Shown here piece after piece: positions 40,632-50,966 of a DNA stretch of 64,000 nucleotides. The translations under genes and the position numbers were made by a program. A model generated the notes under the pieces. The model did no database searches. It was not told the DNA's origin and was given only the letters and a program-made list of their open reading frames with translations. The stretch's first letter is position 1, and each line of letters starts with the position of its first letter. This DNA is from Eubacteriales bacterium (GTDB lineage Bacteria > Bacillota > Clostridia > Oscillospirales > CAG-272), in contig JAZOSS010000057.1 of assembly GCA_045657205.1 (NCBI GenBank), positions 2,666 to 66,665 on the forward strand, given 5' to 3'.

Positions 40632-40674
40632 AAAAAACGGGTGCTGTCCGCAAAGCGAACGGCACCCGTTTAAA
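40632..40674. terminator. Bidirectional rho-independent terminator
   Basis: AAACGGGTGC / GCACCCGTTT stem preceded by an A-run and followed by TTT, between groEL and the convergent peptidase gene. Confidence 0.8.
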
Positions 40675-40687
40675 GTAAATATAAAGA

Positions 40688-41434
40688 TTATTCTGTCAGT
40701 TCCGCATTCGTTTCTTTCAATGCGGAAAGGTATTCGCAAGGGTCAACTGCATCCCCGTCTTTTCTGACTTCAAAATGCAAGTGGGGTGCGTCGGAAAGCT
40801 CAACGAGCGTCGTTTCACCGACACAGCCGAGAGCACGTCCCGCATCGACCTTGACACCCTCTTTTATGCCTTCGGCAAGCTGTTCGTTAAGGTTCTGATA
40901 ATACGAAACGAGTCCGTCGCCGTGGTCAACCTTCACGGTCATTCCCATCATAGGATCGTTATATATCTTCGACACCACCCCGTCGGTAAAGCTGTATACG
41001 GGCATACCGGGTTCAGCGTATATATCAACACCCGTATGAACTCTGTAATCGTTCATCGTTGCCGAATACACGGGCAGATCTTCCGAAAAACTTTTTACAA
41101 CGCTTCCGTCAGTCGGCATAACGAATATTTTGGGAGTTGAAACGGGTTCGTCTTCCGTCGGGATATCCTCGTTTGCAGGTTCATCCGTGATGACGAGCGT
41201 TTCGGGAGCTTTCGTTTCATCGGGGATAATAACGGGCGGTCTTACCGTTTCCTGCGGTCTTGTCTGCACGCTTTGCTGTGTAGTTACAGGTGTGTCCGTA
41301 TCAACGGGCGGTTTGTTTTTATCCTTGCGCTTGTTTATTGCCGTTATTACGGATATCACCATAATAATGACAAGCATTGCCGCAAGCACCGTGTACAGGA
41401 TCCTTGCCTGCTTTTCAGAATTTCTTTTTTCCAT
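40688..41434 (-). CDS. M23 family peptidoglycan metalloendopeptidase, membrane anchored
   Basis: An N-terminal TM helix and Pro/Thr linker precede the C-terminal LytM motifs HTGVDI and APHLHFEV. The start is set at the second ATG (41434), 8 nt after GGAGA. Confidence 0.85.
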   Translation of the reverse strand: MEKRNSEKQARILYTVLAAMLVIIMVISVITAINKRKDKNKPPVDTDTPVTTQQSVQTRPQETVRPPVIIPDETKAPETLVITDEPANEDIPTEDEPVSTPKIFVMPTDGSVVKSFSEDLPVYSATMNDYRVHTGVDIYAEPGMPVYSFTDGVVSKIYNDPMMGMTVKVDHGDGLVSYYQNLNEQLAEGIKEGVKVDAGRALGCVGETTLVELSDAPHLHFEVRKDGDAVDPCEYLSALKETNAELTE

Positions 41435-41551
41435 ATGCAACATCTCCGTTTTTTTGATTTACCCGTACGGGTTGTATGAAATATTTTCACCACATAACGA
41501 GGTTTTATACACCCGATTGCTAAATAACAGTAAAAGAAAGGATGTTTTAAA

Positions 41552-43387
41552 ATGAGTGAAGATGTAAAAAAAGGCGGTATATCCGTCGATATCGAACATA
41601 TTTTCCCCATAATCAAAAAATGGCTCTATTCCGAAAAGGAAATATTTCTCCGTGAGATAGTATCAAACGCAACGGATGCCGTAACGAAGCTTAAAAGACT
41701 TTCTTCCCTCGGAGAAGCCGATTTCGGAGGCGAAGAATATAAAATAACCGTAACACTTGACAAGGGCGAAGGAACGCTCACCGTTTCCGATAACGGTATC
41801 GGTATGACGAAGGACGAGCTTGAAAGATATCTCTGCCGCATCGCTTTGTCGGGTGCTGTTGAATTTATACAAAAGTATGAAAACTCCGAAAAGGATTCTT
41901 CAAGTGAGGGTATCATCGGCCATTTCGGTCTCGGATTTTATTCATCATTTATGGTAAGTGACACGGTAACGGTTCAGACAAGATCATATACCAACTCTCC
42001 TGCCGTAAGGTGGATATGCACAAGCGACGGTGAGTACGAAATATTCGACGGCGACCGTGAAGGACACGGAACAGACGTAATAATGAAGATAACCTCCGAG
42101 GAAGCGGAATATTTAAACGAAGGCAAAATAAGAGAAATACTTTCAAAATACTGCTCATTTATGCCCGTGCCGATATATTTCGCCGTCGAAGGTGAAGAAA
42201 AAGAAGAAAACGGGCCTGTAAACGACCCCCACCCCCTCTGGCAGAGATCCGCTTCGGAGTGTACCGAAGAAGAATACAAGCAGTTCTACACAAAGGTATT
42301 CAACGATTACAAAGAGCCGCTTTTCCACATTCACATAAACGCCGATTATCCGCTTAATTTCAAGGGAATACTGTATTTCCCCAAGCTGAACCACGAATAC
42401 GACTCCCTCGAAGGTCAGGTAAAGCTTTATTACAATCAGGTATTCGTTGCGGATAATATCAAGGAAGTAATCCCCGAATATATGCTTATGCTCAAGGGTG
42501 TGCTTGACTGTCCCGAGCTTCCTTTGAACGTTTCAAGAAGCTATTTGCAAAACAGCGGTTACGTTTCAAAAATATCGGCACATATCGTAAAGAAGGTTGC
42601 CGACAAGCTCAATTCGATGTTCAACACCGAAAGAGAGAGTTACGAAAAGCTCTGGGATGATCTCAAGACGTTCGTCGAATACAGCTCCATAAGAGATAAA
42701 AAATTCCACGACAGGGTTAAGAAGTGCGTTATTTTCAAGTCCGCAACGGAGGACGGAAAGTATTATACACTTGAAGAATATCTCAGTGAGGCAAAAGAAA
42801 AGCACGAAAACACCGTTTACTACGCAACGGACGTAACGACGCAGGCGCAGTATATTTCGATGTTCTCAAACGAGGGAATAAATATAATCCTCCTCGACCG
42901 TATACTTGACACGCAGTACATCCACACGATCGAAACAGACAACACGGACGTAAAATTCGTAAGAATAGACGCAGACGTTGCCGCAGCTCTCAAGGGCGAG
43001 GGCGAGGCTGTGGAAAATGAGAGCATCACAGCCGTTTTCCGCAAGATAAGCGGTAAAGACGATCTTAAAGTTACCTACGAGTGCCTTAAAGACGAAAAGA
43101 CTCCCGCGCTCATCAATATAAACGAGCAGTCACGCCGTTTTGAGGATATGATGAGAATGTACAAAATGGACGGTATGCCCGATATGCCGTCTGATATGAC
43201 GCTCATTATAAACACGAACAGCTCGCTTACAGATAAGCTTGCGAAAGTCATAACAGAGGATGAAGTGAAAGCCGAAAAGCTTGCAAAGCAGATATATACG
43301 CTTTCTCTCATCGCACAGCGTCAGCTTACCGCAGAAGAACTTAAACAGTTCCTCGACGAAAGCTTCGATATGCTTCTCAACATATAA
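41552..43387 (+). CDS. htpG: Molecular chaperone HtpG (Hsp90)
   Basis: 611 aa with GHKL ATPase motifs (LYSEKEIFLREIVSNATDA, DNGIGMT, IGHFGLGFYS). Confidence 0.93.
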   Translation: MSEDVKKGGISVDIEHIFPIIKKWLYSEKEIFLREIVSNATDAVTKLKRLSSLGEADFGGEEYKITVTLDKGEGTLTVSDNGIGMTKDELERYLCRIALSGAVEFIQKYENSEKDSSSEGIIGHFGLGFYSSFMVSDTVTVQTRSYTNSPAVRWICTSDGEYEIFDGDREGHGTDVIMKITSEEAEYLNEGKIREILSKYCSFMPVPIYFAVEGEEKEENGPVNDPHPLWQRSASECTEEEYKQFYTKVFNDYKEPLFHIHINADYPLNFKGILYFPKLNHEYDSLEGQVKLYYNQVFVADNIKEVIPEYMLMLKGVLDCPELPLNVSRSYLQNSGYVSKISAHIVKKVADKLNSMFNTERESYEKLWDDLKTFVEYSSIRDKKFHDRVKKCVIFKSATEDGKYYTLEEYLSEAKEKHENTVYYATDVTTQAQYISMFSNEGINIILLDRILDTQYIHTIETDNTDVKFVRIDADVAAALKGEGEAVENESITAVFRKISGKDDLKVTYECLKDEKTPALININEQSRRFEDMMRMYKMDGMPDMPSDMTLIINTNSSLTDKLAKVITEDEVKAEKLAKQIYTLSLIAQRQLTAEELKQFLDESFDMLLNI

Positions 43388-43388
43388 C

Positions 43389-43417
43389 AAAAACCCCTTC
43401 CTCGGAAGGGGGTTTTT
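43389..43417 (+). terminator. Rho-independent terminator of htpG
   Basis: AAAACCCCTTCC / GGAAGGGGGTTTT hairpin followed by a T-run. Confidence 0.85.
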
Positions 43418-43506
43418 ACCTTATATTCGGAAGGAGCAAGCCCTATGTGCGGCACATGATAATATGCACCGCTCTGTTTTAAATTCATTACAACTGCAGA
43501 GAAGGG

Positions 43507-44772
43507 TTATTTTTTCTCTTTGATCTTATCCCAATATGCCTTTGCGGCTTGCTCCGTTTTGTTCGTTCCGTACGTGTAGTACGTTTTGTTTTTGATATCG
43601 TCGGGAAGGTACTGCTGGGGGATATAGTCATTTTCGTATGCGTGCGGATATTTATACCCTTGTCCGTGTCCGAGAACTCCCGCACCTGCATAATGGCTGT
43701 CGAGAAGGTGGGAGGGGATGTTTTTGCCAAGTCCTTTTGCGATATCCGCCGATGCCATATCGTACGCTTCAAGTGCCGTTACGGATTTCGGTGACGTTGC
43801 AAGCATTATAACGCAGTTTGCAAGCGGTATGCGCGCCTCGGGCAATCCGAGCGACAGCGCCTGCTGACAGCAGGCGTACGTTATTGATGCTGCCTGCGGA
43901 TATGCCGCACCTATGTCCTCGGAGGCTATTACAGAAAGACGGCGCACGACGCTCAAAAGCTCACCTGCACCGAGCAATTTTGCAAGATAAAAAACAGACG
44001 CGTCGGGATCGGAGCCTCTTATCGACTTCTGAAATGCCGAAAGCAGATCGTAATGTCCGTCACCGTCTTTTGCAAAAGCGCCTTGCCCTCTCATCGTGTC
44101 GGGAATGAATTTGTCGGTAAGCTCTTTCGTTATCTCACCGTCCGCGGCGTATCTTACGTACTCAAGCATACCGATAGAACGCCTCACGTCGCCTCCGCAA
44201 ACGGAGGCTATGTATTCAAGCACGCCGTCCGTGCAGGAAACGTCACATCCTATATCGCCGTTTAGCACGTCGAGAGCTTTTCTGAGTCTTTTTACACATT
44301 CCTTCGGTCTTACAGGCTTGAATTCAAACACCGCACTTCGTGAAATAACGGCGCTGTATACGGAAAAGAAAGGGTTTTCGGCGGTCGATGCGATGAGAGT
44401 TATTCTGCCGTCTTCGATATATTCAAGCAGTGACTGCTGCTGTTTTTTGTTGAAATACTGTATCTCGTCGAGGTACAGAAGTATTCCGCCTTCGCCGAGT
44501 GCCGTTGACGTTTGCTCTGCAATTTCTTTGACGTCTGCAAGCGATGCCGTCGTTGCGTTGAGCTTGTACATCGTCATATTTGATTTTTTTGCAATTATGT
44601 TCGCGCTCGTTGTTTTGCCCGTTCCGGGAGGACCGTAAAATATCATATTCGTTATGTATCCCGATCGGATCATATTGCGAAGCGAACCGTTTTCACCGAA
44701 CAGATGCTCCTGACCTACTATATCGTCAAAATCCTCCGGGCGCATTCTGTCAGCTAAAGGACGTACCATCAT
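43507..44772 (-). CDS. rarA: Replication-associated recombination protein A (AAA+ ATPase RarA/MgsA)
   Basis: RPLADRMRPEDFDDIVGQEHL, Walker A GPPGTGKTT and Walker B LYLDEIQYFNK. The start is set at ATG 44772, since the track N-terminal extension has no homolog-like sequence. Confidence 0.88.
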   Translation of the reverse strand: MMVRPLADRMRPEDFDDIVGQEHLFGENGSLRNMIRSGYITNMIFYGPPGTGKTTSANIIAKKSNMTMYKLNATTASLADVKEIAEQTSTALGEGGILLYLDEIQYFNKKQQQSLLEYIEDGRITLIASTAENPFFSVYSAVISRSAVFEFKPVRPKECVKRLRKALDVLNGDIGCDVSCTDGVLEYIASVCGGDVRRSIGMLEYVRYAADGEITKELTDKFIPDTMRGQGAFAKDGDGHYDLLSAFQKSIRGSDPDASVFYLAKLLGAGELLSVVRRLSVIASEDIGAAYPQAASITYACCQQALSLGLPEARIPLANCVIMLATSPKSVTALEAYDMASADIAKGLGKNIPSHLLDSHYAGAGVLGHGQGYKYPHAYENDYIPQQYLPDDIKNKTYYTYGTNKTEQAAKAYWDKIKEKK

Positions 44773-44853
44773 AATTTTATACCGTTCTCTTTTATTATTT
44801 AAATTCATTATACATCCCGGGGGGAAGTAAGTCAAGATTATTTTTTAAAAGTA

Positions 44854-44882
44854 TTGACAAAATCGTATCTCGGGTGTATAAT
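44854..44882 (+). promoter_or_regulatory. Sigma-A-type promoter of the Trp T-box operon
   Basis: TTGACA (44854-44859), a 17-nt spacer, then TATAAT (44877-44882). Confidence 0.7.
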
Positions 44883-44889
44883 ATCGATA

Positions 44890-45151
44890 ATAGGCGAAAC
44901 CTTTGATTAAGAATAGTAGTCAGGCAGTGTAGCTTGCAGAGAGCGGCAGTGTGGTGAAATGCCGCAGCGAAACGGTTGGCGAATGGGCTTATGAGGGCAG
45001 CAGGAAAACGAAAGTGAGTAATGGCTGACGGTAACCTACCGTTAAAAGGGTGCGTACATAACGGTGTACGGCAGAGAGAACGAAATTTTCGTTAATTTAG
45101 GTGGTACCGCAGGAAGTTATTCTTGTCCTATTTCGGACAGGAATTTTTTTG
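44890..45151 (+). ncRNA. T-box riboswitch leader, probable tRNA-Trp specificity
   Basis: Elements found are an AGAGAG bulge, a GGTGAAA distal-loop motif, the T-box sequence AATTTAGGTGGTACCGCAGG (45094-45113), and the terminator TTCTTGTCC-TATTTC-GGACAGGAA plus T7. The candidate specifier GAA-TGG-G is at 44984-44986 (UGG = Trp), which fits trpB downstream. Confidence 0.85.
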
Positions 45152-45250
45152 TTTGGGAGGATATATGTTTATTTTTTCAAAACGATGGCGTGTGCAGTTA
45201 CATTAAAATATCGAAAACGTAATACTTAAATAAAACAGGAGAAGAATATC

Positions 45251-46495
45251 ATGGAAAACAAGAAAACTTATAAAGATTTCGTAACGTATTCAAAGGAATT
45301 TCCTACACCCGACGGCAGATTCGGCAGATACGGCGGTGCGTATCTGCCCGCTGAGCTTGAGCCTGCATTTAAAGAAATAAGCGATGCTTATCAGGCTATC
45401 TGCCACAGCGCAAAGTTCATAAACGAGCTTCGCCGCATACGTAAGGAATTCCAGGGCAGACCTACACCCGTTTACCACTGCGAAAGACTTTCAAATAAGA
45501 TCGGTAACTGCCAGATATACTTAAAGCGTGAAGACCTCAACCACACGGGCGCGCATAAGCTCAACCACTGTATGGGTGAAGGACTTTTGGCAAAATATAT
45601 GGGCAAAAAGAAGATAATTGCCGAAACGGGCGCAGGCCAGCACGGTGTTGCTCTGGCAACTGCGGCGGCATATTTCGGACTTGAATGTGATATTTATATG
45701 GGTGAGGTCGATATCGCAAAGCAGGCACCCAACGTAACGAGAATGAAGATGCTCGGTGCAAGAGTCGTTCCCGTAACTCACGGCCTTAAAACGCTTAAAG
45801 AGGCTGTCGATGCGGCGTTTGATGCGTATATGAGAGAATACAAGGATGCAATTTACTGTATCGGCTCCGTTTTAGGTCCGCATCCGTTCCCGCTTATGGT
45901 ACGTGATTTCCAGTCAGTTATCGGATACGAAGCAAGAGAACAGTTCTTTGAAATGACGGGTATTATGCCCGATGCCGTTGCGGCGTGCGTCGGCGGCGGA
46001 TCAAACTCAATAGGTACGTTTACGGGATTTTTGGCTGATCCCGTTGATATATACGGAATTGAGCCTCTCGGAAAAGGTGCAGGCTTCGGTGATCATGCGG
46101 CATCAATGACGTACGGCGAGCCCGGTATCATGCACGGATTTGAAAGCATTATGCTCAAGGATGAAAACGGCGATCCTGCTCCCGTTTACTCAATAGCAAG
46201 CGGACTTGATTACCCCTCCGTAGGGCCCGAACACGCATATCTGCACGACTGCGGACGCGTAAAGTATGTAACGGTTGACGATGAAGAAGCTGTAAAGGCG
46301 TTCTTTGCACTGTCACGCTACGAGGGTATCATCCCCGCACTTGAAAGCTCGCACGCGGTTGCTTTTGCAATGAGATACGCAAAGGAACACGCAAAGACGG
46401 GCGGATCTATTCTTGCAACGCTCTCCGGCAGAGGCGACAAGGACGTAGACTACGTTGCAGAACACTACGGATACGGCGAAGGATTTGAGCTTTGA
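45251..46495 (+). CDS. trpB: Tryptophan synthase beta chain (stand-alone, divergent TrpB)
   Basis: 414 aa with the PLP lysine motif [23 protein letters not shown] and SGRGDKD. No trpA or other trp genes are adjacent. Confidence 0.88.
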   Translation: MENKKTYKDFVTYSKEFPTPDGRFGRYGGAYLPAELEPAFKEISDAYQAICHSAKFINELRRIRKEFQGRPTPVYHCERLSNKIGNCQIYLKREDLNHTGAHKLNHCMGEGLLAKYMGKKKIIAETGAGQHGVALATAAAYFGLECDIYMGEVDIAKQAPNVTRMKMLGARVVPVTHGLKTLKEAVDAAFDAYMREYKDAIYCIGSVLGPHPFPLMVRDFQSVIGYEAREQFFEMTGIMPDAVAACVGGGSNSIGTFTGFLADPVDIYGIEPLGKGAGFGDHAASMTYGEPGIMHGFESIMLKDENGDPAPVYSIASGLDYPSVGPEHAYLHDCGRVKYVTVDDEEAVKAFFALSRYEGIIPALESSHAVAFAMRYAKEHAKTGGSILATLSGRGDKDVDYVAEHYGYGEGFEL

Positions 46496-46496
46496 T

Positions 46497-47933
46497 ATGA
46501 AATACACGGGCGAACTTGAATTTATAACCGAAAAGATACGTTCGGCTTATGAAAAATACGCGTCGGGCGGTGCCGAAGCGGTGATGCAGAAATCACATTT
46601 CGACCTCGTTACAAATATCGACATAAGCATCGAAAAGTATCTTTCCGAGGAAATACTTAAAAAATACGAAGGCGATAAAATACACGGCGAGGAAACGTCG
46701 TCAGATCAGGAGCTTGTCGGAAGAGTCTGGGTGATAGATCCTATCGACGGCACGTGCAATATGGCAAGAAACGTGTGCTTGCACGGTGTTCAGTGTGCTT
46801 TGTTCGTTGATAAAGAGCCTGTTCTGGGTGTGATTTATCTGCCGCATACAAACGAGCTGTTTTATGCCGAAAAGGACTGCGGTGCGTACAGAAACGGTGA
46901 AAAAATACACGTAAACTCAACGGTTACGCTGAATAACGTCATAGCAAGCATGGGCGACTATTCGCATATGGACTCCGCCGTTGCAAAAAGACAGCATGAT
47001 TCGATGGGATTTTTGTATCCCAAAATAGCCAAAATAAGAATGTTCGGCGCGGCTTGCTTTGATTTTGCGTACGCCGCAATGGGCAAAACGGACTGCACGG
47101 TCGTTATAACGAGAAATCTCTGGGATATAGCACCCGGAGTTATCATATGCAAAGAGGCGGGGGCTGTCATAACGAACCTCGAAGGGGAGGAATATTCCTT
47201 CGGGGACGAAGGCGTTGTCGCTTCGGCAAACCTTGAAATCGCACGCCTCGTTGAAGAAAGCTATAAAAAACGCGTGCGTATAAAGGATAAAAGCGGTGAT
47301 ATTCACGATTTCAAATGCTGTATTTTCGATTTTGACGGTGTCGTTGTGGATACCGAAAAGTATCATCTCATAGCCTGGAATAAAGGCGGCGAGCCTTACG
47401 GCGTTCATATAGGTGACGAAGAATATCTGCCCTTGAAAAGCACGGGCCGTGATTATATCGTAAACTATATTGCTGAAAAATCGGAAATGACACTCACCGA
47501 CGAGGACAGAAAAATTGTCGGCGATACGAAAGAAAACACGTACGTTGAAATAACGAAAGACCTTTCGGAAAACGATATCGTCGGCGGTATCGTGCCTTTT
47601 CTGAATTACGCAAACGACAGATGCGTACCGTGCGGTGTCGGCTCTTCAAGCATATTTGCACCGAAAATAGCAAAAGATCTTTCCCTTGATAAGCATTTCA
47701 AGGTGATATGCGACGGTTCTTTGCCGCTTGCCAAAAAGCCTGCGCCCGACCTGTTTTTATTGGTGGCGAAGCTTTGCGGCTTTGATCCTTCCGAATGTGT
47801 TGTGTTTGAGGATTCTATGGCGGGGATAAATGCCGCGCTCAATGCAGGTATGAAGGTCGTAGCCATAAGCGGAATAAAACATCCCGATGCAATGCTTTGC
47901 ATAAAGGATTTTACGGAGCTTGAATACATTTAA
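46497..47933 (+). CDS. Fusion protein: inositol-monophosphatase-family domain + HAD-IA (beta-phosphoglucomutase-like) phosphatase domain
   Basis: The N-terminal half carries HGEE, WVIDPIDGT and WDIAPG (IMPase motifs). The C-terminal half carries FDFDGVVVDTE, GVGSSS, KKPAPD and FEDSMAGINAA (HAD motifs I-IV). ATG 46497 lies 1 nt after the trpB stop. Confidence 0.8.
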   Translation: MKYTGELEFITEKIRSAYEKYASGGAEAVMQKSHFDLVTNIDISIEKYLSEEILKKYEGDKIHGEETSSDQELVGRVWVIDPIDGTCNMARNVCLHGVQCALFVDKEPVLGVIYLPHTNELFYAEKDCGAYRNGEKIHVNSTVTLNNVIASMGDYSHMDSAVAKRQHDSMGFLYPKIAKIRMFGAACFDFAYAAMGKTDCTVVITRNLWDIAPGVIICKEAGAVITNLEGEEYSFGDEGVVASANLEIARLVEESYKKRVRIKDKSGDIHDFKCCIFDFDGVVVDTEKYHLIAWNKGGEPYGVHIGDEEYLPLKSTGRDYIVNYIAEKSEMTLTDEDRKIVGDTKENTYVEITKDLSENDIVGGIVPFLNYANDRCVPCGVGSSSIFAPKIAKDLSLDKHFKVICDGSLPLAKKPAPDLFLLVAKLCGFDPSECVVFEDSMAGINAALNAGMKVVAISGIKHPDAMLCIKDFTELEYI

Positions 47934-47957
47934 TAAAATATTTGCGGAGGATCAAGG

Positions 47958-48830
47958 GTGAAAGAAAGAAAACTGAAGCTTGCAAACATTTTGATGCTGA
48001 CAGTTGCAGGCATTGTAAATGCTTTTGGTATAACGGTGTTTCTGATGCCGGTAAATCTGTACGACAGCGGAATTTCGGGTACGTCTATGCTTTTGGACCG
48101 TCTGACACCCGAATACCTGACACTTTCCGTATTTTTGATCCTGCTTAATATACCTCTGTTTTTGTTCGGACTTAAAAGGCAGGGCTGGCAGTTTACGGTG
48201 TACGCTATATATACAGTGTGTATATACTCAATTTCATCCTGGCTCATTACTGATGTTTTGCCTGTTGACGTAAGCGTTGCATCTCCGTTTGCAGGTGAGG
48301 ATCTGCTTTTGTGCGCTTTGTTCGGCGGTGTGATATCGGGTATCGGAAGCGGTCTTGCGATACGCTACGGCGGTGCTATGGACGGCGTTGAAGTTATGGC
48401 GGTTATTTTTGCAAAAAGGCTCGGCATAACGGTCGGCACGTTCGTTATGATATATAACGTGGTGCTTTACATAGCTTGCGGAATCATACTCAAAAGCTGG
48501 GTGTTGCCGCTTTATTCGATCGTTGCGTATACGGCGGCACTCAAAGCCGTTGACTTTATAGTTGACGGTATAGACAGGGCAAAATGCGCCATTATCATCA
48601 CCGAAAAACCGAAAGAGGTCTGCGAAAAGCTGACGGAAACATTCGGAAGCGGTGTAACGTACCTTGATGCGAAGGGCGGTTATTCAAACAGAGATAAGAC
48701 GATGATATATTTTATCGTCAACCGTTATCAGGTCGTAAGAATGAAGGAGCTTGTCCACGACATCGACCACCACGCCTATATCACGATAAGCGAAGTGGCA
48801 GACGTATTTTCCAACAATAATACGAAATAA
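47958..48830 (+). CDS. YitT family membrane protein (DUF2179 C-terminal domain)
   Basis: 290 aa with a GTG start 24 nt after the previous stop. N-terminus LMLTVAGIVNAFGITVFLMPVNLYDSGISG, with a C-terminal soluble domain. Confidence 0.8.
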   Translation: MKERKLKLANILMLTVAGIVNAFGITVFLMPVNLYDSGISGTSMLLDRLTPEYLTLSVFLILLNIPLFLFGLKRQGWQFTVYAIYTVCIYSISSWLITDVLPVDVSVASPFAGEDLLLCALFGGVISGIGSGLAIRYGGAMDGVEVMAVIFAKRLGITVGTFVMIYNVVLYIACGIILKSWVLPLYSIVAYTAALKAVDFIVDGIDRAKCAIIITEKPKEVCEKLTETFGSGVTYLDAKGGYSNRDKTMIYFIVNRYQVVRMKELVHDIDHHAYITISEVADVFSNNNTK

Positions 48831-48835
48831 ATAAA

Positions 48836-48858
48836 AAATCCGCTCATCGGGCGGATTT
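48836..48858 (+). terminator. Hairpin terminator after yitT
   Basis: AAATCCGC-TCATCGG-GCGGATTT. The T tract is short. Confidence 0.55.
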
Positions 48859-49021
48859 CAGATCTATGATAACCCCTGTTCGAAAATATGTGTTCATCAT
48901 TTTTCACAAGCATAGGATTCCTTCCGTGAAGGAGCTAAAATCAGAAATGAGAAATGTAGGTACCGGAATCTTCGACGCCCCTATTAATGTAGTGGTGATT
49001 ATAGGGAAAATTGATAAATTG

Positions 49022-49060
49022 AAAATCTCCCGCAGGCCGTTTGGCTTGCGGGAGATCGTT
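49022..49060 (-). terminator. Rho-independent terminator after jag
   Basis: ATCTCCCGCA / TGCGGGAGAT stem, followed on the minus strand by ATTTTCAATTT. Confidence 0.65.
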
Positions 49061-49067
49061 TTATAAG

Positions 49068-49715
49068 TTATGCCTGTGCTTTTTTGTCGATAGCAACGAC
49101 TACCTTGCGGTTGGATTCCTGACCGACGGAGAAGGTCGTTATACCTTCAATATCCTGTATTTCGGAATGGATGATACGTCTTTCCTGAGCGGACATAGGC
49201 TCAAGAGTTACGTTTCTTCTCGTTCTTCTTACTCTGTCGGCTGTTCTTCTTGCAAGTGTGCGGAGCGTTTCTTCACGCTTTGCGCGGTAATTTTCGATAT
49301 CGACCGTAATTCTTGCGTATACGCGTTCATCATCTGCACCGTCTTTTTTGTTTGCGGCAAGATTCGTAAGGTACTGCAGAGAATCGAGCGTGTCGCCGTG
49401 GTGGCCGATGAGCACGCCGGCATCGTCGCCGCTTATGCTGATCATTGCACCGTCTTCGTTTTCTTCTACCTTTACTTCGGCAGTGAGGTTCATATTTTCG
49501 ATGAGCGTTTTAATAAATTCCGCCGCTGTTTTAACGGGGGATACGGCGTAGACGACTTTGACCTTTGCAGGTGTTGCACCCATGCCGAGGAAGCCCTTTT
49601 TCGCTTCTTCTATAACCTCATATGTTACGTCGGACAATTCAACGCCGAGCTGTGCGCATGCGTCCGCAACAGCAGCTTCCGTCGTTTTTCCGACTGCAAT
49701 AAGTTCCTTTTTCAT
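49068..49715 (-). CDS. jag: RNA-binding protein Jag/KhpB (Jag-N, KH, R3H domains)
   Basis: 215 aa. The C-terminal LEPMSAQERRIIHSEIQDIEGITTFSVGQESNRKVVV is an R3H domain. It follows yidC. Confidence 0.88.
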   Translation of the reverse strand: MKKELIAVGKTTEAAVADACAQLGVELSDVTYEVIEEAKKGFLGMGATPAKVKVVYAVSPVKTAAEFIKTLIENMNLTAEVKVEENEDGAMISISGDDAGVLIGHHGDTLDSLQYLTNLAANKKDGADDERVYARITVDIENYRAKREETLRTLARRTADRVRRTRRNVTLEPMSAQERRIIHSEIQDIEGITTFSVGQESNRKVVVAIDKKAQA

Positions 49716-49743
49716 TAAATTTCTCCAATATATGGACTAAAAA

Positions 49744-50958
49744 TTATTCCTCGCTGTCAGAATCTTTTTTATCGTCTTTAAGCTCTGCTTTGCTTATTTT
49801 TTTGTTTTTCTCTTTATTTTTGATGAATACGGAGTCGTCCTCCATACTGTCATCGCCTTTACGTCTGGGAATATCTTCCTCATCGTCGTCTATGTGATGT
49901 AACGAACGCTTCGGATTTGTCTTTTTCTCAGCCGCCTGAGCTTTACGTGCCGCTGCCGCTTCTTTTTCGGCTTCCTTTTGCATCTGTCTTATTTCCTCGT
50001 CGGAAAGCTTCGGAACGGGGAACATCTTTGAAAGTACGATCTGCTGTGCAAGACCGAGCACGTTCTGATATACCCAGTAAAGAGCAAGTGCCGTAGGCAA
50101 GCTGTAGCTCAAAAATGCCGAAAGTGCGGGCATCATTATATCCATCATCTTCATGGATATGTTCGGCGTACCTTCTGCCGCCATAGGCTGATAGGTAAAC
50201 TTCTTCTGTATCTTCATCGTTGCAAACATTGCCAAAAATACGACGACGGGAACGAGAAGATATATGCCCGATGCGACGTTCGGTGCTTTGCCGAGGTCGA
50301 ATATTCCGAACAGATTGAAGTTGGGAAGATCGGGAGAGGAAAGTCTTTCGGCGATATCCGCACAGAAAGTGCTCCAATCCGTAATTGCCGCACCGCCTGC
50401 GCTGACAGCACCATCCGGAACGATACCGTCCTTGGGAAGATGGTCGATTATCGGCTGTGCGCCGTTTTTGTTTACGTAGCTCAATACGTTGATGGCGGCG
50501 GTATAAGTTGAGTTTGCAACTCCGCTTATATAGCCCGTAGCGCGGTTATACGCTTCAGTTATCGTTTCTATCTGAGCTGTTGAAAAACGGCAGACGTAAT
50601 AAAGAGGATTTTGAATAATGGCATAAAGTGAATAAAGCACGGGAAGCTGTATCAGCAAGGGCAGACAACCGCCAAACTGGTTGTAGCCTTCCTTTTGATA
50701 CATTTCCTGTATCTCCATTGTCATTTTTTGCTGTGTCTGCTGATCCGTACGGCCCTTGTACTTTTTACGTATCGCCAATTCCTTCGGGCGGAGCTGTGCG
50801 GATTTTACCGTGTTTTTCTGTTGCTTTATACTGAACGGGAAAAGAATTATTTTGACTATCAAAGCAAACAGAAAAAGCGCGAGCGCATAGTTATGAAACG
50901 ATATTTTATCGCAAAATATCATTACATATTTAAGTATTTCGGCAACCCAATCGAACAT
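49744..50958 (-). CDS. yidC: Membrane protein insertase YidC (long form with a Lys/Glu-rich C-terminal tail)
   Basis: 404 aa with YidC core motifs (KSAQLRPKELAIRKKY, GGCLPLLIQLPVLYSLY) and the conserved rnpA-yidD-yidC-jag context. Confidence 0.9.
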   Translation of the reverse strand: MFDWVAEILKYVMIFCDKISFHNYALALFLFALIVKIILFPFSIKQQKNTVKSAQLRPKELAIRKKYKGRTDQQTQQKMTMEIQEMYQKEGYNQFGGCLPLLIQLPVLYSLYAIIQNPLYYVCRFSTAQIETITEAYNRATGYISGVANSTYTAAINVLSYVNKNGAQPIIDHLPKDGIVPDGAVSAGGAAITDWSTFCADIAERLSSPDLPNFNLFGIFDLGKAPNVASGIYLLVPVVVFLAMFATMKIQKKFTYQPMAAEGTPNISMKMMDIMMPALSAFLSYSLPTALALYWVYQNVLGLAQQIVLSKMFPVPKLSDEEIRQMQKEAEKEAAAARKAQAAEKKTNPKRSLHHIDDDEEDIPRRKGDDSMEDDSVFIKNKEKNKKISKAELKDDKKDSDSEE

Positions 50959-50966
50959 TTAATGCC

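Noticed and set aside
48866-49021. Possible small RNA in the yitT-jag spacer (local hairpins CCTTC-CGT-GAAGG and CCCTAT...ATAGGG).
   Set aside because: The stems are short and weak. I recognise no promoter-terminator pair and no conserved motif, so the support is insufficient to report it.
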